This document shows, piece by piece, positions 25,565 through 34,681 of a stretch of 64,000 nucleotides of DNA. The DNA lies in assembly GCA_944383905.1 (NCBI GenBank), contig CALWRI010000002.1, positions 36,913-100,912 of the forward strand, read 5' to 3'. The DNA comes from an uncultured Christensenellaceae bacterium. GTDB lineage: Bacteria; Bacillota; Clostridia; Christensenellales; UBA3700. The notes below the pieces were generated by a model. The model was not told where the DNA came from, did no database searches, and saw nothing but the letters and a program-made list of their open reading frames with translations. Within the stretch, counting starts at the first letter, position 1. Every line of letters begins with the position of its first letter. The position numbers were made by a program, and so were the translations under genes.

Positions 25565-26992
25565 TCAGAGTCCTATTATATTGAATATCAGTATAAGGAG
25601 CATACAGACGGGCGCGACGATCTTTATCATGACCGAAAAATATCTGTCTCTGAACGACTTGACCTTGAGCCCGATCTCATCCTTTATCGCCCTGAAATTG
25701 ACGAAAAAACCCGCGATCACGCAAGTGCCTATCGCGACGATCGGCATGAGTATGCTGTTGCTGACGTAGTCGAATATGTCGAGAATGGTCATATCCCCTA
25801 TCGACACCATATCGAGCACACCGAACCCGAGCGAAGACGGAACGCCGAGAAGAATGACAACTCCGAACACGACGAGACAAGCCGCCCACCTCTTCATCCC
25901 CAGATTTTCGCGTAGTACGGCGACGATCGCTTCGATAAGCGAGATCGCCGAAGTCAGAGCCGCAAAGAGCACGAGCAGGAAGAACAGCGCGCCGATCACG
26001 CTGCCTCCGGGGATCTGTCCGAACACGTTGGGCAGAGACACGAACATAAGCGTCGGACCGCTGTTTTGCAAAACGTCCTGCGGAGACGACGAAAACGCGA
26101 ATACGGACGGGATTATGATGAGTCCCGCGACTATCGCGAAAGCCGTGTCGCAGACGCTTATCTGTCTTGCCGACTTCTGAATATCGGTATCCTTTTTCAT
26201 ATAGGAGCCGTAAGTTATCATAATGCACATCGCAAGCGACATCGAATAGAACAACTGCCCGAGCGCGGCAAGGAAAACCTCTGCGATATTGACGTTTTCA
26301 AGTTTGGGAATGAGAAAATATTTGACTCCTTCGAGCGCGCCGTCCTGACACATCGCGAAGATAGCGAGCCCCACCGACAGCACGGCGAGGAGCGGCATGA
26401 GTATCTTGCCGATCTTTTCAATACCCTTCTGCACTCCGAATACGACGACCGCGAACGACAAAAACGCGAATATCACGAAGAACACGATCGGTTCCCACGG
26501 AGCGGATATGAAATTCTGAAAATAGGTCGCCGCGTTCTCTCCCGTCATGGCGCCGGAAGCGCCGTCGCCCGAAACGTAAGCGAACAGATATTTCGTGACC
26601 CAGCCGCCGATGACGCAATAATAAGGCACTATGAGCACGGGAACGATCAGGCTGAAAAACCCGAACCATTTCGTCTTTTTGTTGAGTTTAGCGAAAGCAC
26701 CTATGACGTCTTTGCCGGTATGTCTTCCGATCGCGATCTCGAGCACGAGAAGGCTGAATCCGAACGTGACCGCAAGCGCGATGTAGCACAAAAGAAATAT
26801 TCCGCCGCCGTATTTTGCGGCAAGATAAGGAAATCTCCACAGGTTGCCGAGACCGACCGCGGAACCCGCCGCCGCAAGGACAAAACCTATCTTTCCCGTA
26901 AATCCGTGATGTTTTTTGACGCGGACCTCTCCCGCGTCCGCCTGTATCGGTTCGCCGTTCTGTTCAACGCCGACCTGTTTTTCTTCTTGCAT
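25565..26992 (-). CDS. sodium-dependent transporter, NSS/SNF family
   Basis: 475-aa polytopic ORF containing AAAGSAVGLGNLWRFPYLAAKYGGG. Confidence 0.9.
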   Translation of the reverse strand: MQEEKQVGVEQNGEPIQADAGEVRVKKHHGFTGKIGFVLAAAGSAVGLGNLWRFPYLAAKYGGGIFLLCYIALAVTFGFSLLVLEIAIGRHTGKDVIGAFAKLNKKTKWFGFFSLIVPVLIVPYYCVIGGWVTKYLFAYVSGDGASGAMTGENAATYFQNFISAPWEPIVFFVIFAFLSFAVVVFGVQKGIEKIGKILMPLLAVLSVGLAIFAMCQDGALEGVKYFLIPKLENVNIAEVFLAALGQLFYSMSLAMCIMITYGSYMKKDTDIQKSARQISVCDTAFAIVAGLIIIPSVFAFSSSPQDVLQNSGPTLMFVSLPNVFGQIPGGSVIGALFFLLVLFAALTSAISLIEAIVAVLRENLGMKRWAACLVVFGVVILLGVPSSLGFGVLDMVSIGDMTILDIFDYVSNSILMPIVAIGTCVIAGFFVNFRAIKDEIGLKVKSFRDRYFSVMIKIVAPVCMLLILIFNIIGL

Positions 26993-27054
26993 AAATCCTC
27001 CGAACGCAATGCACGTTTATATATTGTAACAGTATTATCCGTTTTTAGCAAACG

Positions 27055-27089
27055 AAAAAACGGATTTTGCCGTTTTGAGCAAAATCCGT
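27055..27089 (-). terminator. rho-independent terminator after the 27122-27838 gene
   Basis: On the minus strand: ACGGATTTTGC-tcaaaacg-GCAAAATCCGT followed by T6. Confidence 0.8.
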
Positions 27090-27121
27090 CCCCATCTGTA
27101 TTTTTTTGTCGGATTTTTTTA

Positions 27122-27838
27122 TCAGATAAGAGCGTAAGCCTGCATGAGCGCCTGCATGCCGTCGAGATACGAATAGGCGTTGCGGTAGCCTTCCATAACG
27201 GAGCGCAGCCCCAGCCATACGACCTTGACCATCTTCGCGCTGGCGATCTCGAACGCGTAATACAAACCTTCGAGCATTGTGACGTAATCGTCTCTCGTCT
27301 CGTCGGAAAGGCGTTCGTCCGAAACGACGAGCTCTGTCAGCGAAGTGATATAAGGTACCACGTTTTCCTTGACGATATCCTGCACGACGAAGTCTCCCTC
27401 GCCGAACCTCGCCGCCTTTTCGTCGTCCTTTTCGTCGAGCACGTTCTTGAACGCGAGAACGTATGCCGTTATCACGCTGTTGCAGAACATCTTGAAGGAC
27501 TGATCTATATCGTCCGATCTGAAAAACGTCTTGAGAAATTTGTGCAGGCTCTGCGTGCCCCTGTCAAACTCGTACAAAAGACCGGTAACGAGCGCCACGA
27601 CTCCCCTCGACGAGGGCGGAAGTTTGAAAGAATTGCCGACGACGGCAGCCTGAAACTCCTTTTTGTAATCCACGCCCGTATTACATTTCGCAATATATCC
27701 CATAAGCGACGGATTGGACGCGAGGTAACGCAAAAGGCTCTTTATCGCGTTGCCCGCCATGATAAATCTGCCCTTTGAAAGATCGTTGCACCTCGAGACG
27801 AATCCCGTATATGCCTGTTTGAGGCTTTCGTTTGCCAT
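27122..27838 (-). CDS. hypothetical protein (all-helical by composition)
   Basis: 238-aa ORF with genome-typical codon usage and its own terminator. I recognise no motif. Confidence 0.55.
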   Translation of the reverse strand: MANESLKQAYTGFVSRCNDLSKGRFIMAGNAIKSLLRYLASNPSLMGYIAKCNTGVDYKKEFQAAVVGNSFKLPPSSRGVVALVTGLLYEFDRGTQSLHKFLKTFFRSDDIDQSFKMFCNSVITAYVLAFKNVLDEKDDEKAARFGEGDFVVQDIVKENVVPYITSLTELVVSDERLSDETRDDYVTMLEGLYYAFEIASAKMVKVVWLGLRSVMEGYRNAYSYLDGMQALMQAYALI

Positions 27839-28052
27839 AAAATCTCCTCTTTTGCGCCGAACGCGCGGAGTTATTATATATTATTATACTCCCGCGAGCG
27901 TTTTAATGCAAGCAAATACGCGCCCGCGCCTTCCCGCGTCTTTTTCCGCGCAAAAATGTAAAATTTTTATAATTTCTCCGAAATCATTGCAAATCCGACT
28001 CAAAGTAATTTATAATAACAGAGTACAATTTTCAGTCAACGGAGTGTTCATC

Positions 28053-28283
28053 ATGAAATCTGTAAGTTTACTACTCAATACTACAGAAAGCGTTAAGAAA
28101 TTCGTAAACATCATTTCGTCATACGACTACGACGCAGACGTCAGAAGCGGCAGATACGTCGTGGACGCAAAGTCCATTCTCGGCTTGTTCTCGCTCGACC
28201 TCAACAAACCGGTAGTGCTTGAAATTTACAGTGCCGACTGTGACGATCTTCTCGAACAGCTTACCCCGTTCATCTACGTCTGA
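28053..28283 (+). CDS. HPr-like protein lacking any histidine (Crh-like)
   Basis: 76 aa: MKSVSLLLNTTESVKKFVNIISSYDYDADVRSGRYVVDAKSILGLFSLDL. It aligns to the HPr segment YDADV...KSIMGVMSLG. The Ser46-equivalent (KS) is present, the His15 position is not His, and the protein has no His at all. RBS is GGAG. Confidence 0.75.
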   Translation: MKSVSLLLNTTESVKKFVNIISSYDYDADVRSGRYVVDAKSILGLFSLDLNKPVVLEIYSADCDDLLEQLTPFIYV

Positions 28284-28288
28284 CAGCC

Positions 28289-28807
28289 ATGCTCGACGCA
28301 AAAGCCCTCAACAAAGTTATCCTGCTCTTCATCTTCGACAAGATGGAAGTGGCAATGAAAGAGGATATAATAATCGAAATGGCCGTCTCCAACGAGTGGC
28401 TCGCCTATATCGACGCGAAGGAAAGTTTTTCGGAGCTCGCATCAAGCGACTTCCTGACCAACGTCTCTCCGCGCGGTTCCGTCGCGCACTACTCGATAAC
28501 GAGCGACGGCAGAGAGTGCCTGCAGCATTTCTATACGCAGATACCCTCGTCGCTCCGCGACGCGATTACCGACCACGTCAAGAAGAACAGACTGATTTAC
28601 AGGAGAAAACAGGACTATTCTTCGGATTACTACAAAAATTCTGACGGCACCTACACCGTCGTGCTCAAGATAGAAAGCGTGACCGTTCCCCTGCTCGAGC
28701 TCAAGCTCAACGTGCAGAACCGCAATACCGCAAAGTGGATATTCAAACACTGGTCGGACAAGGCGCTCAACGTCTACGAGCTGATACACGACAATCTCGT
28801 CGAATAA
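28289..28807 (+). CDS. DUF4364-family protein
   Basis: 172-aa ORF. Its N-terminal winged-helix-like region (NKVILLFIFDKME...) and size fit DUF4364 as I recall it. It starts 5 nt after the HPr-like stop. Confidence 0.7.
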   Translation: MLDAKALNKVILLFIFDKMEVAMKEDIIIEMAVSNEWLAYIDAKESFSELASSDFLTNVSPRGSVAHYSITSDGRECLQHFYTQIPSSLRDAITDHVKKNRLIYRRKQDYSSDYYKNSDGTYTVVLKIESVTVPLLELKLNVQNRNTAKWIFKHWSDKALNVYELIHDNLVE

Positions 28808-28820
28808 AAATAACTCAAAG

Positions 28821-28848
28821 AAAGACGCGCCGTCGGCGCGTCTTTTTT
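28821..28848. terminator. bidirectional rho-independent terminator
   Basis: GACGCGCC-gtc-GGCGCGTC, followed by T6 on the plus strand and by a T-rich run on the minus strand. Confidence 0.85.
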
Positions 28849-28881
28849 ATGCTTATCGTCCGTATCTTTATCTTTATTTAT

Positions 28882-29313
28882 TCAGTCCTTGAGATCGGAC
28901 TCGTCTCTTACCCTGACACCGCAATTCTTGCAGAATTTCTCGCCGGGAGCTATTTCCGTACCGCAATTCACGCATCTTTTCACAAGCGGTTTTCCGCAGG
29001 TTTCGCAAAATTTGCTCCCGGGGGAATTGGGTACTCCGCAATACGGACAGACGACGGGAGCGGGTTTTTCCTTCTTGCCGAGCTTTGCACAGCCCACCGC
29101 CGACAGTATTGCGCCGACTAACGCGAGGACGAGTCCTATCAACCCTATGGCGTTCGAACACACGACAATCGCCGTATATACGTTCAGCGTCACTCCTTTC
29201 AGAAAGAGGTTTGTCGCAATCCTCGACAATATTGCCGAAATCAGAAGAGCCGCAACGCCGCCCGTGGCGAGACCCGCGCCTATCTTTATCTTCTTTACGC
29301 TTTTTTCGTTCAT
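28882..29313 (-). CDS. membrane protein with a C-terminal double zinc ribbon (paralog 1)
   Basis: MNEKSVKK..., then 2-3 TM helices, then CPYCGVPNSPGSKFCETCGKPLVKRCVNCGTEIAPGEKFCKNCG. RBS AAGGAGG precedes the ATG at 29313. Confidence 0.7.
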   Translation of the reverse strand: MNEKSVKKIKIGAGLATGGVAALLISAILSRIATNLFLKGVTLNVYTAIVVCSNAIGLIGLVLALVGAILSAVGCAKLGKKEKPAPVVCPYCGVPNSPGSKFCETCGKPLVKRCVNCGTEIAPGEKFCKNCGVRVRDESDLKD

Positions 29314-29408
29314 AAGAATTTCCTCCTTTGCCGGTAACGCTTCCCTGTCGAGGCGAAGGCGCACGACGCGTTGCTCAAAACGCGTCCGCAGTCGCATATA
29401 ATGCCGCT

Positions 29409-29846
29409 TTAATCTTTAGGATCGGTATTGTCTCTCACCCTTACGCCGCATTTTCCGCAAAACTGTTCACCGGGCGCAAGCTCCGCGCCGCAGTTTACGC
29501 ATCTCTTTACGGTCGGATTGCCGCAACTGACGCAAAACTTGTTCTCCGCAGGATTGGGAGCGCCGCAATAAGGGCACAAAACGCTCTTTTTGACCTCTTT
29601 TTTGCCGAGTTTTTTGCAAGCGACAAGCTGGAGCACCGCTCCGACGAGGATGACCGCCATCCCTCCGTACCAAAAGACGATCACGTTGACCGTGGCAAGC
29701 GTCGACGTCACAATTTCGTTTATCGTCCCGCTTGCGAACAACGTGTTCAATATCGTCGAAAACAGATCGTTGACAAGGCAAAACGCTATGCCTGCAAATA
29801 CGAGACTGACGCCCGCGATCATGCATTTTTTCATTTTATTATCCAT
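29409..29846 (-). CDS. membrane protein with a C-terminal double zinc ribbon (paralog 2)
   Basis: It has the same architecture: CPYCGAPNPAENKFCVSCGNPTVKRCVNCGAELAPGEQFCGKCGVRVRD. ATG at 29846 follows AAAGGTGA. Confidence 0.7.
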   Translation of the reverse strand: MDNKMKKCMIAGVSLVFAGIAFCLVNDLFSTILNTLFASGTINEIVTSTLATVNVIVFWYGGMAVILVGAVLQLVACKKLGKKEVKKSVLCPYCGAPNPAENKFCVSCGNPTVKRCVNCGAELAPGEQFCGKCGVRVRDNTDPKD

Positions 29847-29875
29847 ATCGGTCACCTTTGCGCTTTTTATTTATT

Positions 29876-30802
29876 TTAACCCGGATCCTTCGAGCCGTCA
29901 ATGCCCTTCCTCGCCGCCGCGCCTTCCGCAATGACGCTCTCGTCCCTCGCCGCGGCTATTATTGGATCGTAATAAGCGACGTGCTCTCTGACCGAGTATA
30001 CGTTGAGAGGCAGGCTCTTTCTCTCCTCGACGTATCTCCTGTAAGAACCGCCGCCCCACGCAGAGCGAGGCTCCGGATTCTTGCGGCTGAACGCGAGTTT
30101 TGACAATCTGTACAGCACCGCGATATATACGAAGAACACTGACAGATACTCTATGATAAACAGATGGTTTTTGTCAAATCCCGGGATGAGCAGCCATTCG
30201 GGCAACACGCATTCCTGAATAAACATTATGTTTTCCGGCTTGTCGAGCTCGTGATCGTATCTCCATGTAAACGCGGCAAGCGTGCCCCAGAGCAATATCA
30301 CGAGGAATCCGGCGAGCGCCTTCCACAGATCCTTGTATCTCAACGGCTCTATCGTGAAATTCCAGATCAGACCGCCAAGGTAAAGACAGTAGTGCATGAT
30401 GATGCTCTCTATGAACGTGAAATTCGTCATGTCGCTGTTGACGAACGAAGCGGGCGATATGCTCATCGCGATAAGCTGAACGAGCCCCGCGAAAAACCCT
30501 ACGAACCTGCCTGTCTCCTTGAGTATCTTTGACCCCGAAAGGTATGCTATCGGCATGAGGAAATAGCTGACCGAGCTGATCTCGACGGGAATGAGTTTTA
30601 CCGCGTCCTGCCTGAATACGGTGGGCATGAGCGTAAAATGTATGATCTTGTAGACAAGCAGGAAGATCATCAGGCGGTACATGAATTTCTCCGCCCTCTC
30701 CCTCGATTTGCCAAAGGTCTTTATCACGACGAAAGGACTGATCACAAGCGCGCCCAGCCCGACGACAAGGCAGAACGCTTGCCAGAAAGTATTCATCAAC
30801 AT
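29876..30802 (-). CDS. polytopic membrane protein, function unknown
   Basis: 308-aa ORF with about 7 hydrophobic helices and a hydrophilic C-terminal tail. It is tightly coupled to the upstream small ORF. Confidence 0.6.
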   Translation of the reverse strand: MLMNTFWQAFCLVVGLGALVISPFVVIKTFGKSRERAEKFMYRLMIFLLVYKIIHFTLMPTVFRQDAVKLIPVEISSVSYFLMPIAYLSGSKILKETGRFVGFFAGLVQLIAMSISPASFVNSDMTNFTFIESIIMHYCLYLGGLIWNFTIEPLRYKDLWKALAGFLVILLWGTLAAFTWRYDHELDKPENIMFIQECVLPEWLLIPGFDKNHLFIIEYLSVFFVYIAVLYRLSKLAFSRKNPEPRSAWGGGSYRRYVEERKSLPLNVYSVREHVAYYDPIIAAARDESVIAEGAAARKGIDGSKDPG

Positions 30803-30803
30803 A

Positions 30804-30983
30804 TCACCAGTCCTCCTTGTGCGAGAGCTTTATATCGGTATAAAACTCCTTGTATTTGCGTTTGAAAGCCTCCGCGTCGGTCTCGTAACCCTGCGCTCTT
30901 TCGAGGTCTTCGTCTTCTTCCATGCAATCGCAGTCCTCGTCGTACTTTTCGGCGAGCTTGCTCTTTTCGTAATCGGTCATCAT
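30804..30983 (-). CDS. small acidic protein (59 aa), hypothetical
   Basis: Absent from the ORF track. Sequence is MMTDYEKSKLAEKYDEDCDCMEEDEDLERAQGYETDAEAFKRKYKEFYTDIKLSHKEDW. Its ATGA overlaps the hprK stop, and its TGA lies 1 nt before the next ATG. Confidence 0.45.
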   Translation of the reverse strand: MMTDYEKSKLAEKYDEDCDCMEEDEDLERAQGYETDAEAFKRKYKEFYTDIKLSHKEDW

Positions 30984-31933
30984 TCACCTTTTTTCTTTTG
31001 ATTGTTGAGAAGATCGGCGACCGCGTCGTAACCCATCTTCTTCATGCGGTAATTGCGCGCCGCAACTTCGACGACGACGGCGAGGTTCCTGCCCGGCATG
31101 ACGGGCAAAGTGAGCTTGGGCACGCTTATGCCGAGTATCTCCTCGTATTTCTCCTCGTTGCAGAGTCTGTCGAAATCGGCGTCGCCGTTCCACTGCCGCA
31201 ACTCTATAACCATATCAATGCTCTTGTCGGGCAAAACCGACGAAACGCCGTAAAGACTCCTGACGTCGATTATCCCTATGCCGCGCACTTCCATAAAAAA
31301 TTTGATGCGCTCGGGCGCCGTGCCGATGAGCATGTCGTTTATCCTCTTGACGATCACCGCGTCGTCTCCGACGAGCCTGTGACCCCGGTGTATGAGTTCG
31401 AGCGCCGTCTCGCTTTTGCCGAGACCGCTCTTGCCCGTGAGCAACACGCCGATACCGCTTATCTCGAGCAGCGTCGCGTGCACGCTCTTCATAGGCGCGA
31501 GCAGCTTTTCGAGATAGTTGGCTATATCCGTATTGAGTGCCGTCGTGGTCTTGTGAGACAGAAACACGGGTATATTGTAACGGGACGCGACTTCAAGCGC
31601 GATAGAGCTGGGATTTATCGAGCGGGTGTAGATTACGCAAGGTACGCGCTTTGAAAACAGCCTCTCGATCGCATGCTCTTTTTTGTCGTCGGGCAGCGAT
31701 TTAATATAGTAGTATTCCGCGTTGCCGATGAGCTGCACTCTGCCCGCGCCGAAGTAATCGTCAAAGCCTGCGAGAAGCAATCCCGGGCGGTTGAGAAGCC
31801 CCGACCTGAAAGTGATGTAATCCGTCTCGTTGCCCTGCAAAAGTTCGAGATTGCAGTCCTGACAGAAGTTTTTGATCTTTACGCTTTCGCTTATAGCGTA
31901 TTCGTTGTCGAAAAAGTTGTTTGCGTCTTCCAT
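30980..31933 (-). CDS. hprK: HPr kinase/phosphorylase
   Basis: 317-aa ORF with Walker A GKSGLGKSETALELIHRGHRLVGDDAV. Confidence 0.92.
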   Translation of the reverse strand: MEDANNFFDNEYAISESVKIKNFCQDCNLELLQGNETDYITFRSGLLNRPGLLLAGFDDYFGAGRVQLIGNAEYYYIKSLPDDKKEHAIERLFSKRVPCVIYTRSINPSSIALEVASRYNIPVFLSHKTTTALNTDIANYLEKLLAPMKSVHATLLEISGIGVLLTGKSGLGKSETALELIHRGHRLVGDDAVIVKRINDMLIGTAPERIKFFMEVRGIGIIDVRSLYGVSSVLPDKSIDMVIELRQWNGDADFDRLCNEEKYEEILGISVPKLTLPVMPGRNLAVVVEVAARNYRMKKMGYDAVADLLNNQKKKGE

Positions 31934-31934
31934 C

Positions 31935-32747
31935 TCAATCCTTGCAATAGTTTTCGATTATCCACGCTATCGCGTCGTGGTTGTTGCTCACGCTTATGAC
32001 GTCGGCGTGCGCCTTCGTCGTCTCCATCGCGTTCATCACGGCGACGCCGAGTCCCGCGTATTCTATCATGGAAATATCGTTGTCCGCGTCTCCGACGCAG
32101 ATGATCTCCTCTCTGTCGAGTCCGTGCATTGCGCACACATTCTCTACCGCGACGCCCTTGCTGAGCCCGTATGCTGTAAACTCCACCATAAAAGGCTGCG
32201 AGCGCGTGAGCGAGAGCTTTCCTTCGTATTCTTTGCGATACTTATCCGCAAGAGCGAGCGCGTCTTCGGGCTGCACCATCGCAAGCAGTTTGTTGGGCGT
32301 CGAGCCCGTCCTTTTGACGTATTCCGACATCTTTTCATAGACGAAAATACATTCGATCTTGCAGATATTGCAAAACATCTCGATCGCGGGATGAGGCTCC
32401 GTGCCGTAACACTTGTCGTCTATGTACACCATATTGACGGACTTGCCCTCTTCTTCCAGCTTTTGCAGACAGTCGACGGCGACGTCGTTGTCTATCGTCT
32501 TTTGCCAGAGCGCCTTTTTGCTTTCTATGTCGAAGATGCCTCCGCCCTGATAGACTATGACTTCTCCTTTGAGCCCGAGCGCGGAGACGTGAGGATATAT
32601 CGCCTGAAAAAGACGACCCGTTGCGACGAAGAATTTGCCTCCCCTCGCCTCAAAATCGCGGATCGCCGAGATATTCTTTTGTGACACTTCGAATTTGTCG
32701 GAATACAGAGTCCCGTCAAAATCGCTGAAAATCGCCTTGTACTTCAT
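31935..32747 (-). CDS. Cof-type HAD-IIB family hydrolase
   Basis: MKYKAIFSDFDGTLY...GDADNDISM. Confidence 0.85.
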   Translation of the reverse strand: MKYKAIFSDFDGTLYSDKFEVSQKNISAIRDFEARGGKFFVATGRLFQAIYPHVSALGLKGEVIVYQGGGIFDIESKKALWQKTIDNDVAVDCLQKLEEEGKSVNMVYIDDKCYGTEPHPAIEMFCNICKIECIFVYEKMSEYVKRTGSTPNKLLAMVQPEDALALADKYRKEYEGKLSLTRSQPFMVEFTAYGLSKGVAVENVCAMHGLDREEIICVGDADNDISMIEYAGLGVAVMNAMETTKAHADVISVSNNHDAIAWIIENYCKD

Positions 32748-32838
32748 CTTTTACTCTCTTTGCGCGCAAAATGCGCCCGTACATATTAATAATATAACCG
32801 CGCGACGGTTTTGTCAAACGATTGCGACGCGGGAGCGT

Positions 32839-34674
32839 TTACTCCTCGTTCCCGTGGAAAGCGTCGTAGACGTTGCGGGCGGTGCGCGCGTCTATGCCCT
32901 TGACGGCGGAAAGCTCCGTGACGCTCGCGTTTTTGATATTGTCAAGCGTCCTGAACGCGTCGAAAAGCAGCTTGACTCTCGTCTTTCCCACTCCCTCTAT
33001 GCCGAGAAGCGCGCTTTGAGTCTGCGACTTCTTGCGCAGACTTCTGTGGAATGTAATGGCAAATCTGTGCGCTTCGTCTCTTATCCTCTGAAGCAACTTC
33101 AACGCATAGCTATCTCTCGGAAGTATCACGGGCGCACTCTGCCCAGGCAAAAAGACTTCCTCTTCTCTTTTTGCGAGACTTATGAAGTTTATGCCGCTCG
33201 TGTCCTCGCCCTCGACGACTTCCATCACGCTGCTCAACTGACCTTTGCCTCCGTCTATGATTATCAGGTCGGGACGGGAAGAAAAACTGACGTCCTGCGA
33301 CCTGTCCTTCATATCCCGAAGCCTTCTTTTCAACGTCTCCTGCAAACAGGCGAAGTCGTCGTTGCCCGCAACGGTCTCGATCTTGAATTTGCGGTAATGC
33401 GACCTCTCCGGCTGTCCGTTGACAAAAACGACCATCGAAGCGACCTTGTTCGTGCCGCTGATGTGCGAGATGTCGTAACATTCCATTCTTACGGGCATCT
33501 TCGGGAGCGCGAGATATTCCGCAAGCTGTATCACGCCGCCCATCGTCATGTTTTCCTTTCTCTCCATGACGGAGACGGATTTTTCGAGATAATCCTGCGC
33601 GTTGCTGACCGCCATGTCCGCAAGCTGACGTCTCACGCCCTGATGAGGACAGATCACGTTTATCTTCTTTCCCGCCTTTTCGGACAGATACTCCTGCATT
33701 ACGTCCGCGTCGTCCGTATCAGAAGCCAAAACGATCTCGCTCGCAATATACCCCGTAACGTCGTAAAACCGCATTATGAAATTGGACAGCGCGCTTCCCT
33801 CGTCGAGAGATACGCCTTCGACGACCTGTTTGTCGCTGCCGACAATCTTTCCCCCGCGCACGAATATGACCGCCGCGACCGTATTGAATCCGTTTGCCGC
33901 AACGGCGAAAACGTCCATGTCAAAGTCTTTCGGGAGCGCGCCAACCTGCCGTCTCACCAGCTTTTCGAGCACCTGAAGTTTTTGTTTGTACGCAAGCGCG
34001 AGCTCGTATTCTTCTCTCTCCGAAGCCTCTTTCATCTTTGACGTGAGGATCTCGGCGATCTTCTTGTCGTTGCCCTGCAAAAACGAGATTATCTCCTTCA
34101 TCACGCCGTCGTATTCTTCGCGCGAAATAAGCCCCGCGCACGGCGCGTAGCAACGCTTGATGTGATAGTTGAGACAGGGTCTGTGATTTTGCGGAACTTT
34201 GATCAGATCCATCTTGCAGGTGCGCACGCAGAACGCGCTGTTTATCAGCCCGAGGATCTCCTGCGTGCTTATGCCCTGCATATAAGGTCCGAAGTATTTT
34301 GCGCCGTCGTTTTTGAGTTTTCTGACGACCTCGACTCTCGGAAAAGGTTTTTTTACGTCTATCTTTATAAAAGGATAACTCTTGTCGTCCTTGAGCAAAA
34401 TGTTGTAAGGCGGCTTGTGCTTTTTTATCAGATTGTTTTCAAGCACGAGCGCCTCTACCTCGTTCGCCGTGATGATATAGTCGAGGTCGTCGATCTTTTC
34501 GACCAGCTTGATGACCTTGACCGTACGGTTGGCTTTGTTGCCGAAATACTGATGCACGCGCTTGAAAAGATCGCGCGCCTTGCCGATATACAGTATCTGG
34601 CGAGCGCTGTTGTACATTATATAAACGCCGCTCTTGTGAGGCAGGTCCTTGAGTTTTTGCTCCAATTGCTTCAT
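32839..34674 (-). CDS. uvrC: excinuclease ABC subunit C
   Basis: 611-aa ORF with a GIY-YIG N-terminus (GVYIMYNSARQILYIGKA), a UvrBC domain and a C-terminal HhH. Confidence 0.93.
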   Translation of the reverse strand: MKQLEQKLKDLPHKSGVYIMYNSARQILYIGKARDLFKRVHQYFGNKANRTVKVIKLVEKIDDLDYIITANEVEALVLENNLIKKHKPPYNILLKDDKSYPFIKIDVKKPFPRVEVVRKLKNDGAKYFGPYMQGISTQEILGLINSAFCVRTCKMDLIKVPQNHRPCLNYHIKRCYAPCAGLISREEYDGVMKEIISFLQGNDKKIAEILTSKMKEASEREEYELALAYKQKLQVLEKLVRRQVGALPKDFDMDVFAVAANGFNTVAAVIFVRGGKIVGSDKQVVEGVSLDEGSALSNFIMRFYDVTGYIASEIVLASDTDDADVMQEYLSEKAGKKINVICPHQGVRRQLADMAVSNAQDYLEKSVSVMERKENMTMGGVIQLAEYLALPKMPVRMECYDISHISGTNKVASMVVFVNGQPERSHYRKFKIETVAGNDDFACLQETLKRRLRDMKDRSQDVSFSSRPDLIIIDGGKGQLSSVMEVVEGEDTSGINFISLAKREEEVFLPGQSAPVILPRDSYALKLLQRIRDEAHRFAITFHRSLRKKSQTQSALLGIEGVGKTRVKLLFDAFRTLDNIKNASVTELSAVKGIDARTARNVYDAFHGNEE

Positions 34675-34681
34675 ACCCGTA

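Noticed and set aside
24704-25915. A 403-aa plus-strand ORF rich in Arg/Ser/Lys, spanning the cytidylate-kinase-like gene in another frame and the 3' end of the NSS transporter antisense.
   Set aside because: It is an off-frame or antisense artefact. The in-frame 24810-25421 product has the family signature ISRQFGSGG.
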